Below, piece by piece: positions 7,473 through 15,072 of a stretch of 24,000 nucleotides of DNA; the stretch's first letter is position 1; every line of letters begins with the position of its first letter. The notes under the pieces are model-generated. The model had not been told where the DNA came from, ran no database searches, and worked only from the letters and a program-made list of their open reading frames with translations. Source of the stretch: Betaproteobacteria bacterium HGW-Betaproteobacteria-11 (lineage in GTDB: Bacteria > Pseudomonadota > Gammaproteobacteria > Burkholderiales > Rhodocyclaceae); NCBI GenBank assembly GCA_002842395.1, contig PHCV01000003.1:183421-207420 (forward strand). The letters are read 5' to 3'. Made by a program: the position numbers and the translations under genes.

Positions 7473-9482
7473 CTAGTGCACGTGATCCCCCGCAGGTGGC
7501 AGAATTTCCTTTTCCCGTTTCAATTGCTCGAGCTGTACAAAGAGCAGGGCGAAGTCATTCCATCCCGACGGTTCCTGACTGGGCAGCCAGCGCGCCCGCA
7601 AGTAGCCGAAGCGGTCGACCAGCAGTTCCAGATGATCCGGCACCACGCCGGCTCCATACAGATCCGGATCTTTGATGGTGCGTCGGAATTCGGCATAGGT
7701 CGTTGCTGCTTCCCTGGCTCCTTCAATAGCGACCGGATAGGGAAGTTTCTTCAGCCATTGCTGATCGGGCAACTCGCCATTAACTGGAATAGCAATAACC
7801 TCCGCTCCAGAGGCACGGATTTTCGGGTAATTCGCCGCCAGGATTTCCATTCGCGCTCTCGATTCCGGCCACGAGAACAGCACCACGATGACCGCCTGCG
7901 TCTGGCGATAGTCCTTCAATGTACCGCTGCTGTCGTTTTGTGCAGCGAAAGAGAAATTCGGCGCCCCAAGACTGGCCTGCGGTCGGTTCGGCACCACCTG
8001 CGGCCGCAATGTCCGGCCTTCGTAGCCACGGGAAATCATATGGATGAAGTTAACCAGGTCCCAGCGATCGTCTTCGGTAAACCGGTCGCCAAATGGCGGC
8101 ATGCCGAACTGCGGAAAACCGGTCGTGATCCAATAGTAAAAATCACCTGCGGTATGTTGCTTGGTATGGGGCTCGGTGAGCAGATCAACCGGTTTTTTGG
8201 GTAGCGTCTTGGCCAGCGGCCCATCGCCTTTGGCCTGAAGTCCGTGACAAGCCGCACAGCTCTCCAGGAAAATCGTCTTGCCGCGATCGATCGAAATCGC
8301 ATCGAAAGCGACCGTGGTCGGCCGATAGGTAAAGGGGTCGGCCACTATCGTAATCCCATACAAGTAAAAACCCACGGTCGACAATCCCAGCACCCCGGCC
8401 AGAATTCGTCCGCGCCAGAGTGAACCCGGCAGGTAACGGCGCCACAGCGGATAGGCCAGCGTCATTAACAGCAATACCCCGGCAATGGTCAGGTTACGCG
8501 GCGTCGTCGAATCGAAGCCGAGCGTCGCATCCAGCGACCAGCGGAATGGATAGGGCCAGTTCTCGATACCATCATGTTTTCCTGGCAACGTCCCGACCAG
8601 GGCAGCGGCGATCAACACCAACAGAATGGCAAGGCCGAATTCGATCGCCACCAGGCGGCGCATCGCCACCCGCGCAGCCTCGCCTTCCCCGCCCTGCCCG
8701 AGCGCCGGCAAACGTTGCCTGACCGAGGCGGCAAGGGCAAGGATCAGCAGCAGCAAAAGCACCTTGGAAGTCAGCAGCCAGCCATAACGGGTCGCCACCA
8801 ATGAAGCGTAAACGGGCTCGATCTGGCTATAGCCGAGGACCAATCCGCTGGCTATCACCACAACCATAGCCGGCAAGGCCATGCGGGAGAAGCGGTGGAG
8901 GGCTATCAGCGCACCCTGCCCGGCATCGACCGAAACTCCTTTTTCGCCAAGCAGAATGGCGAGAAAGGCGGGCAAACCACCGAACCAGATTCCGGCGAAA
9001 AGAATGTGCCCGGCAAACAGTGCCATGGTCAGCGCCGATCCTTCCGCTGCCGGATGCCCGGCCAGGGCATTGACGCCCAGCGTCAGCGCCGCGAAAGCCG
9101 CCTGGAACAGATAGCGCGCGGGAACACTGGGTGCCCGAACGACATAAAACGTCACGGCGAAAAGCAGCACGGCCAGGATTTCGCGCACCAGCCAGATCTT
9201 TCCCAACTCGAGATTCTCGATCAATCCGAGCCAGGCGGAAGGCTGTATGAAGCTTTTCGCCTCTCCGGTGATCTGGGCTGCCGCCGCAGCCAAAACGCCG
9301 ACCAGCGCCAACGGGAGTACCCCGGCCAGCCATGGCAACAACCGCTCGAGCCGAATCAGCCACTCGTTCTTGGAGCTATCGCGGCGAAACCCGGCAAAGA
9401 CAAAAAACAGCGGACTTCCCAACAGCACCGTGTTGGCGGAAATCTCCAGCCAACGCGCCAACATGCCAAACAAATCGATCAT
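7473..9482 (-). CDS. copD: CopD-family copper transport membrane protein fused to a c-type cytochrome domain and a Cys-less redoxin (AhpC/TlpA-like) domain
   Basis: 669 aa. The N-terminal ~300 aa are poly-TM and CopD-like (ALAGHPAAEG...FAGHILFAGIWFGGL), followed by two further TM helices. Next come the heme-c motif ESCAACHG and a downstream GMPPF (candidate Met ligand). The C-terminal ~160 aa show a redoxin-fold pattern (AVIVVLFSWPESRARMEIL...GAEVIAIPVNG...HLELLVDRFGYLRARW) with no CxxC. The ATG overlaps the copC stop by 1 nt (TAATG). Confidence 0.8.
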   Translation of the reverse strand: MIDLFGMLARWLEISANTVLLGSPLFFVFAGFRRDSSKNEWLIRLERLLPWLAGVLPLALVGVLAAAAAQITGEAKSFIQPSAWLGLIENLELGKIWLVREILAVLLFAVTFYVVRAPSVPARYLFQAAFAALTLGVNALAGHPAAEGSALTMALFAGHILFAGIWFGGLPAFLAILLGEKGVSVDAGQGALIALHRFSRMALPAMVVVIASGLVLGYSQIEPVYASLVATRYGWLLTSKVLLLLLILALAASVRQRLPALGQGGEGEAARVAMRRLVAIEFGLAILLVLIAAALVGTLPGKHDGIENWPYPFRWSLDATLGFDSTTPRNLTIAGVLLLMTLAYPLWRRYLPGSLWRGRILAGVLGLSTVGFYLYGITIVADPFTYRPTTVAFDAISIDRGKTIFLESCAACHGLQAKGDGPLAKTLPKKPVDLLTEPHTKQHTAGDFYYWITTGFPQFGMPPFGDRFTEDDRWDLVNFIHMISRGYEGRTLRPQVVPNRPQASLGAPNFSFAAQNDSSGTLKDYRQTQAVIVVLFSWPESRARMEILAANYPKIRASGAEVIAIPVNGELPDQQWLKKLPYPVAIEGAREAATTYAEFRRTIKDPDLYGAGVVPDHLELLVDRFGYLRARWLPSQEPSGWNDFALLFVQLEQLKREKEILPPAGDHVH

Positions 9483-9886
9483 TATTTCGTCGTCGCGTGC
9501 TCTTTCAACTCGAAATCATAGGAAGACTCGACGACATGCCCATCCACCGAAAGGACACGAAATTTGACTACGTACTTTCCCGGTTTCAGCTCGGGAAGCG
9601 GCAGCACCATGAGCTTCGGCTCTTTTTCCGGAACAGTGAATTTTTCGGCGGTCACCGGTTTGTCTGTGGCATCGACAACAGTAAGCCGGGTATAAGCCGG
9701 TTCGATCTGTTCGTTGAACCACAACTTGACCTGATGCGGCGCACGGGTCAGCACGGCACGGCGAGCCGGCTCGGCCTTGACCAGCAAAGCATGGGCCTGG
9801 GCGCCCAACGGCAACCCCATGGCGAGTGCCGCGCTGACGGCAATCAAAAACGGTTTGCGCAAGCAAAAAGAAACTGGTCGATTCAT
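9482..9886 (-). CDS. copC: CopC periplasmic copper-binding protein
   Basis: 134 aa. Signal peptide ending AQA, then mature N-terminal His (HALLVKAEP). Motifs LWFNE..., GKYVVKFRVLSVDGH (D-x-H ligand motif). There is no Met-rich Cu(I) loop, which is consistent with a Cu(II)-only CopC. Confidence 0.85.
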   Translation of the reverse strand: MNRPVSFCLRKPFLIAVSAALAMGLPLGAQAHALLVKAEPARRAVLTRAPHQVKLWFNEQIEPAYTRLTVVDATDKPVTAEKFTVPEKEPKLMVLPLPELKPGKYVVKFRVLSVDGHVVESSYDFELKEHATTK

Positions 9887-9912
9887 GGCCTCACTCCCAA
9901 GGAAAACTTAGC

Positions 9913-9932
9913 GAGGCTTCCACGGAAGCCTC
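9913..9932 (-). terminator. Weak intrinsic-terminator-like hairpin downstream of the EthD-like gene
   Basis: GAGGCTTCC-AC-GGAAGCCTC, an effective ~8-bp stem. On the minus strand it is followed by GCTAAGTTTTCC. It lies between the EthD stop (9948) and the copC start (9886). Confidence 0.35.
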
Positions 9933-9947
9933 ACGAGACGAAAACGG

Positions 9948-10271
9948 TCAGAGGTTGACCGTGACCTCTTCAGCAACCAGGAAGACCGGGGCGCCGCCTG
10001 AAGAAATCTGCACCGCATGAGCCACCGTTTCCTGCCCACCCGGTGAGGCCGCGCAGGCCTGCAAAGCCTCCATCGACGGGAAATGGACTTCGGCAACGCG
10101 GTAGTACGGCGGATCGCCCGCCGGCGAACCCAGCACCTTCGAAGCGACAATCTTGCTCGCCCCAGCCAGTTTCGCCACCGCCATCGGCACATGCTCGGCC
10201 TGGTAAACCTGCTCGAATACCGCCACATCCTTCGGGGTCGGGTAAATCACCATCAGCTTGACTGCACTCAT
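9948..10271 (-). CDS. EthD-family protein (small alpha+beta barrel, TIGR02118-like)
   Basis: The track ORF is 9948..10544. I place the start at ATG 10271 (MSAVKLMVIYPTPKD...), preceded by GAGAGGAG. The 107-aa product matches the EthD pattern: MVIYP.P.D...F...Y...HVP...KL.G......KV.....G..PYY.VAE..F.S.EALQA...SP.GQ. The upstream 91 codons are Arg-rich and overlap the esterase gene. Confidence 0.75.
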   Translation of the reverse strand: MSAVKLMVIYPTPKDVAVFEQVYQAEHVPMAVAKLAGASKIVASKVLGSPAGDPPYYRVAEVHFPSMEALQACAASPGGQETVAHAVQISSGGAPVFLVAEEVTVNL

Positions 10272-10308
10272 ACTCACTCCTCTCTTTTCTGGTTTGAACG
10301 TAATGGAC

Positions 10309-11211
10309 TCATTTAGTTGCAACCGCCGATGACAATAACCGCTCGACGATTGCGACACCCATCCCCGGCCAATCCGAATGCCCACCCTGCTTTTCGCAAT
10401 AGGATAGTGGCGCGGCGCAACCCGGATAGACCAGACAACCCTCTTTATCACGCTGAGGCGGTGACGACAAATCACAGTGGTTACAAACCGCCCACCAGCT
10501 CGCCGTTTCCTTGCCCCATCCAGGAAAAAGACGGTCGTCGCCATTATGCATGATCATCACCGGCAGCGGCACCGGACAAGCATACGCATCGAGATCCTTG
10601 TGGGTGAACCCGGCCGCACTCGGCGCAATACCGGCCACAGTGCCACGGGTTTCCGGCAGTACCGCAACGGCATGCGAGGCCGTGCCGCCATCGGAATGGC
10701 CGGTAGCGTAAACCCGCTTGAGATCTATGCACCAGCGGGCAGAGACATCGGCCGGGACTTTCGCCAGTTGAGAAACCACTTCGGGTGAGAGCTTTCTGTG
10801 CGCGGTATAAGCTACCACGAACCCGCGTCGCGTCGCCTCGGTCGTCAGGTGGGTGAATGCCTCGTTTTTTTTCGCGCTCGCACCTGCGGGCGGGAAAACG
10901 ACGAGCAGGGGATGAGCAAAGTCAGGACGGTAGTTCGATGGGGTGCGGACGTTGTAGCCGATGCCTTCGGGGGTCTGCAGATCATCGCTGGCTCCGGCCT
11001 GCCCCATCTTGCTGCCGACCGGGCAGCCGGCGGCATCAGCCGCCGCCGGATATTCGGCGGCAGCGATCGCCATCCCTTCCACCGGCCCCGGCGGGCTACA
11101 GGCGGACATCATGCCGAGGACGGCTGCCGAGAGCCCAAGCCATCGAGGCCAGCACCGGCGCCTCAGCGAAGGCCATCGCCCGGACGGAGCGAAGAAATTA
11201 TCCGAACACAT
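10309..11211 (-). CDS. Alpha/beta-hydrolase esterase (PHB-depolymerase/LpqC-like family), probable lipoprotein
   Basis: 300 aa. Signal and lipobox-like LGLSAAVLGMMSAC. Family pattern YNVRTPSNYRPDFAHPLLVVFPPAG...RRGFVVAY. Nucleophile elbow GHSDGG in IDLKRVYATGHSDGGTAS. The start codon has only a weak SD, so the N-terminus is uncertain. Confidence 0.6.
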   Translation of the reverse strand: MCSDNFFAPSGRWPSLRRRCWPRWLGLSAAVLGMMSACSPPGPVEGMAIAAAEYPAAADAAGCPVGSKMGQAGASDDLQTPEGIGYNVRTPSNYRPDFAHPLLVVFPPAGASAKKNEAFTHLTTEATRRGFVVAYTAHRKLSPEVVSQLAKVPADVSARWCIDLKRVYATGHSDGGTASHAVAVLPETRGTVAGIAPSAAGFTHKDLDAYACPVPLPVMIMHNGDDRLFPGWGKETASWWAVCNHCDLSSPPQRDKEGCLVYPGCAAPLSYCEKQGGHSDWPGMGVAIVERLLSSAVATK

Positions 11212-11254
11212 CGCGCCCCGGATCGCTACTGAATGCGCATAGATGCCGGGTGAG

Positions 11255-11854
11255 TCAAGCCTCTGGCGCAGACTTCGATTCTTTCTTGTCTTTATTGCGC
11301 ATGCCCGAATACCAGAAGAAAATTCCGCCGATGATCAAAATAGCCAAAAAGGGCAGGTATTTGGTGTAGCGGGAAACGCCCTCCGCAACGCTGAACGGAA
11401 AGCGGGCCTCGATCTTTTCCTTGCCGTCGTAGGCGGTGATGATACCAATGAACTTCTCCGGATTCGAGTAGGTATTTTCGAACGTTAGACTACCGGTCGA
11501 ATAGAGGGTCGGCGGAATATAAAGGACCGTAACCGCATCCAGGTTTGGATTGGCTTCACCCGTATCCCTGATGATGTGGATCTCGAGTGGCATTGAACGT
11601 AGTTCCTGATTGATGGCATCGAGGGCAATGATGGTATGGCCGGTTCGCGGAATATCATCGCAAAAGGCCTTGCTCCCCGACGCTTCGGGTTGATAGCCGG
11701 TGAAATTCATCTGATACTTGCCGATGGTGAGTTTGCACACGTTATCCTCGCCACTGACCGCACCATGTGCGCTAGCCAGTCCCGGAAGCAAAGAGCAGAA
11801 TGTAGCGACAAGAACAATGACGGTGGCGACTGACTTGGAATGGCTACTGTTCAC
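11255..11854 (-). CDS. Secreted, C-terminally membrane-anchored protein; paralog of 15493..16137; PmoD/AmoD/AmoE-like architecture
   Basis: 199 aa, GTG start with GGAGAG 6 nt upstream. Signal peptide ending ASA, mature N-terminus HGAVSGE. Conserved block CKLTIGKYQMNFTGYQP...FCDDIP...LDAINQELRSMPLEI...EARFPFSV shared with the other paralog. C-terminal TM helix YLPFLAILIIGGIFFWY plus a basic tail. The position directly after the B subunit matches where amoD/amoE/pmoD sit in known operons. Confidence 0.7.
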   Translation of the reverse strand: MNSSHSKSVATVIVLVATFCSLLPGLASAHGAVSGEDNVCKLTIGKYQMNFTGYQPEASGSKAFCDDIPRTGHTIIALDAINQELRSMPLEIHIIRDTGEANPNLDAVTVLYIPPTLYSTGSLTFENTYSNPEKFIGIITAYDGKEKIEARFPFSVAEGVSRYTKYLPFLAILIIGGIFFWYSGMRNKDKKESKSAPEA

Positions 11855-11872
11855 TTTTGTCTCTCCAAAAGA

Positions 11873-11898
11873 AGTGAGGGGCCTCTCGACCCCTCACT
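11873..11898 (-). terminator. Rho-independent terminator after the monooxygenase B subunit
   Basis: Perfect 9-bp stem AGTGAGGGG / CCCCTCACT with an 8-nt loop. On the minus strand it is followed directly by TCTTTTGG. The U-tract runs into the GGAGAG SD of the next gene. Confidence 0.6.
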
Positions 11899-11961
11899 AT
11901 ACATCACGTAAGCAGACTATGAACTACTCATATAGATGTTGAAACATACTCTGGCTCCGAG

Positions 11962-13257
11962 TTACTTCCCAGCACCGAAGAAAGGCACAATCGGGCCCGA
12001 AAGCGTCGAGATGCTGCGATTGCCATCGGCGTCGAAAAAGAACACCAAGGCGCCGACGCGGTTATCCGGGTCGTTGATCAGACTCGTCAGACGTTCGACT
12101 TCCCAGGCCGCATCGGTCGCTTCTAGCATCATGGTGCGCGATTCTCCTGGAGCGATCGGGGTGTTGTCGCCGACTTTCAGTCCGCTTGGCGGTATGAGAT
12201 CCTTTGGAAACAGCGGATCGATATTGGCCATCGCCACAGGAACGTCGTGATTGACGAAGCGCAGACCAGCCGTCAAGAATTCACCGACCTGAACCGGCTT
12301 GGGCCCGTTGTTGGTGAGTGTGACGTTGATCTTCATCGAGCGGCCCGGAACATCGTAGGTCGCACGCTTGACCGCAATCTTCACTGAAGCGGCCTGTTTC
12401 GGCAATGGCTCCCATGTCGCTTCGCCTCCTTGCAATGGTACCGTGCGTGGATACTTGGCTTCCGCCCAGTTGGCGCCGGCGACCACGATAACCAGCGTGC
12501 CAACCATGAATGCGGCACCCCACATCCGGTCGCCACGGGTAATCAGCAGGTCGTCGTTGCCTGCCTCGGTGGCCAGGAAACGCGGCATCAGTAAGGGTTT
12601 ACGCAACCACCACAGCATATATACCAGCGCAATGGCGAACCACAGCGCATGCCATTTGAACACGGTCCCCACGCCCCAAGTTTCGAGGTTTTCGATATGC
12701 GTACCATCGATGGTATCGATTGGAAGCCTGAAGTCCTCCCTATTTCCGGTGATAGCGAGCCAGTTTCCTGGCCCCAGCAACGGTCCCGCGCCCTCGACGT
12801 TCAACATCGGGTGCACATGGTGATTCCCGGGAATTCGAGCCTTGTACACTGACCTGAAGGTGTAATCACGGTCGAGTTCAAGCTGGCCAGATTGAATTGC
12901 CGGGACATCGCCAATCCAACTCTCCGTTCTGGCCAGAACCGGTCCGGGCGTACCATTGCCGAGGAACACCCGTTTCGGTGGCGGCAGGTTGCCCGGCCAC
13001 TCCGGAAAGAGACGGAACGTGCCGCTCACCACGATCTCGCCATTGACGGGAACCTCGGTAGTATTCCACTTCATGTCATAGAAGTGCACCGTTCGCATGC
13101 GAAGGAACGGTTCCTGGTTCCGCTCGCCGTGCGCCAGAACCTGACCTGACACCGACGCCAGGAGCCCCAGACCAACCACCAGGCGCATCTGTCTGGCATA
13201 TTTTTTCAAGAATTTAAACATCGAAAACCCCCTTCTTTCGTTTTGTATGCTGGTCAT
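11962..13257 (-). CDS. amoB: Copper membrane monooxygenase subunit B (AmoB/PmoB family)
   Basis: 431 aa; an alternative start at ATG 13221 also has an SD. Signal peptide ...SGQVLA, then HGERNQEPFLRMRTVHFYDMKW (compare the PmoB mature N-terminus HGEKSQAAFMRMRTIHWYD). HxH ligand motif in PGNHHVHPMLNVEG. Two central TM helices (WHALWFAIALVYMLWW..., AAFMVGTLVIVVAG). C-terminal cupredoxin domain ending DAAWEVERLTSLINDPDNRVGALVFFFDADGN. Confidence 0.93.
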   Translation of the reverse strand: MTSIQNERRGFSMFKFLKKYARQMRLVVGLGLLASVSGQVLAHGERNQEPFLRMRTVHFYDMKWNTTEVPVNGEIVVSGTFRLFPEWPGNLPPPKRVFLGNGTPGPVLARTESWIGDVPAIQSGQLELDRDYTFRSVYKARIPGNHHVHPMLNVEGAGPLLGPGNWLAITGNREDFRLPIDTIDGTHIENLETWGVGTVFKWHALWFAIALVYMLWWLRKPLLMPRFLATEAGNDDLLITRGDRMWGAAFMVGTLVIVVAGANWAEAKYPRTVPLQGGEATWEPLPKQAASVKIAVKRATYDVPGRSMKINVTLTNNGPKPVQVGEFLTAGLRFVNHDVPVAMANIDPLFPKDLIPPSGLKVGDNTPIAPGESRTMMLEATDAAWEVERLTSLINDPDNRVGALVFFFDADGNRSISTLSGPIVPFFGAGK

Positions 13258-13268
13258 GAAACCACCCC

Positions 13269-14084
13269 TTAAATCGCTTCAACCGAGCGCTTGGGATCGG
13301 CCTTCAGGCCCATAAGTGTCTTCATCTTGTTCGGTACGGTAACTACCTTGGTCATCAGCATGCCGAAATACCACCAGGCGATATACATCAGCATGCAGAG
13401 GAAGCCGGCAAAGGCCGAAGCCACCCAGGCCGAGTGACCACCGAAGGTGCGCAAAGTACCGCGCTCGATGAAGCGCAGATACTCGGGGGTTGCCGTACGG
13501 GTAAAGGCATAACCGATGTAGTCGGCAACCGAGACCAGCGAGCCCATAACTTCGACTGGCAGATGATAAGCCGCCAGCATTACCCAGTTCGAAGGATAGA
13601 ACAAAATGGCATAGGCAATTGCACCCGTTAGCGAAGTCAGCAGGAAGTTGCCGGTAAGCATGAGTGTGACATCGAGAACGATTGCACCGGGAATATAGGT
13701 TGCCGGCCAAACCAGGCTGTACGGAAAATACGACCAGTCATAGAAGCCAAATTTCCGGTTCATCCACTCGCCGAAAATAAGGCAGACCACGGCAAAGGTG
13801 GCGCCGAAGGGGAGTCGCAGCTTCTCCCAGAACACATATTGCAACGCCGCCGGGAAGGTGATGGTGATCACAGGCGCCAGCGTCACCCAATATTGACGAT
13901 CTTTCCAGTCCACCCAGAAGTCCCAGTCACCCACCAGCAACATGACATGCAAATGAAACGCAGCGGTCACTGCCAGAAAAAGAATGATGGCAACGATGAT
14001 GTCGAACCGCCTCGACAACGCCGCGCTCCATTTCGACCATTTGACGCCGTAGATATCTACGGTCTCATGCGCGTTACTAGCCAT
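13269..14084 (-). CDS. amoA: Copper membrane monooxygenase subunit A (AmoA/PmoA family)
   Basis: The track ORF starts at TTG 14150. ATG 14084 is preceded by AAGGGGAGAA. The 271-aa product has hallmark blocks HLHVMLLVGDWDFWVDWKDRQYW, LPFGATFAVVCLIFGEW, TRTATPEYLRFIERGTLRTFGGH. Confidence 0.93.
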   Translation of the reverse strand: MASNAHETVDIYGVKWSKWSAALSRRFDIIVAIILFLAVTAAFHLHVMLLVGDWDFWVDWKDRQYWVTLAPVITITFPAALQYVFWEKLRLPFGATFAVVCLIFGEWMNRKFGFYDWSYFPYSLVWPATYIPGAIVLDVTLMLTGNFLLTSLTGAIAYAILFYPSNWVMLAAYHLPVEVMGSLVSVADYIGYAFTRTATPEYLRFIERGTLRTFGGHSAWVASAFAGFLCMLMYIAWWYFGMLMTKVVTVPNKMKTLMGLKADPKRSVEAI

Positions 14085-14266
14085 TTTAAAGGTTCTCCCC
14101 TTATATCGATTTAGACAACCTGCCTTGCAGCGAAAAAAACGCGACGACAACTATCACTCGCGCCACAATTGCATCCACAGGTGCAATAACACTCCAGACT
14201 TACTACCCTGCTACCAATCAGACAGCAACCTACTGTCCGATATTTCCCATAACTCGCAGGCAAACA

Positions 14267-14294
14267 CCCTGCCGGCCGTTAGCGGCCAGCAGGG
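14267..14294 (-). other. RNA stem-loop in the C-A intergenic spacer, 13 nt after the C-subunit stop
   Basis: CCCTGCCGGCCG-TTAG-CGGCCAGCAGGG: 11 bp plus one C/A mismatch. The downstream minus-strand sequence GTGTTTGCC is only a poor U-tract. It is therefore more likely a stabilising or processing hairpin, or a partial terminator, than a full terminator. Confidence 0.4.
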
Positions 14295-14307
14295 TATCCG
14301 GCGGCAA

Positions 14308-15072
14308 TTACGCCGCAGCCTTTTGCGCGTCGATGCGCTGCATTACCTCGACGATGTGCATCATGATTTGCGCGGCCAGACCACCCAGAGCCAGCACGGA
14401 CCAACCAAGGACGACAAAGCCCCAGTGCAGCGGGGCGGAGAAGAACTCCTCCATCATCCAGAAAGCATGACCCCACTCGTTGAAACCAAGGTTCGGCAGA
14501 ATCATCAACGGGCCGGTGACGGCAAGCACGAAGGGGATCGAAATCCGCTCGGCGAACTTCGGCAAACGGGTCATCGCGTAGAGAAACGAACCGACACCGA
14601 AGGTGACGTAGAACGGCATCGTGCCATAAAACAGCACGATATGGCTGGGGGTAAAGCTGGTATCACGCACCACCGTCTGATGCCACGAAGCATCCTGCTC
14701 GGCAAAGAAGCTACCGGCAAAATAGACCACGAAGGCATATGAGAAGATAAACAGTACCAGCGTGAAATAACGGCGCAACTCCTCTTCCGGCTTCAACTGA
14801 TCCAGATGACGGTCACGGGTGACCCACAACCAAGACCACAAACCGGCCCATAAAGCAATCATCAACGGCAACTCAACCTTAAACAGCATCATCCAGGTCG
14901 CATCGAACTCGGGCAGCGTCGAATCCAATCCGGTTTTCCAGGCAAAAGTCTGCTGAAACCAGCGATAGAACACCATCACTGCCAACGTGCCAACAAAACA
15001 AATCGTCGGCCACTTGTACTGCACAAAGCGCCCGGGGGAACGATCCGCGCTGCTTGCTAGTATTGCACTCAT
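14308..15072 (-). CDS. amoC: Copper membrane monooxygenase subunit C (AmoC/PmoC family)
   Basis: 254 aa, SD AAGGAGAG 5 nt upstream. Conserved ligand-bearing blocks are present: FAEQDASWHQTVVRDTSFTPSH (Asp/His/His site) and NEWGHAFWMMEEFFSAPLHW (Asn/His/His site). Confidence 0.93.
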   Translation of the reverse strand: MSAILASSADRSPGRFVQYKWPTICFVGTLAVMVFYRWFQQTFAWKTGLDSTLPEFDATWMMLFKVELPLMIALWAGLWSWLWVTRDRHLDQLKPEEELRRYFTLVLFIFSYAFVVYFAGSFFAEQDASWHQTVVRDTSFTPSHIVLFYGTMPFYVTFGVGSFLYAMTRLPKFAERISIPFVLAVTGPLMILPNLGFNEWGHAFWMMEEFFSAPLHWGFVVLGWSVLALGGLAAQIMMHIVEVMQRIDAQKAAA

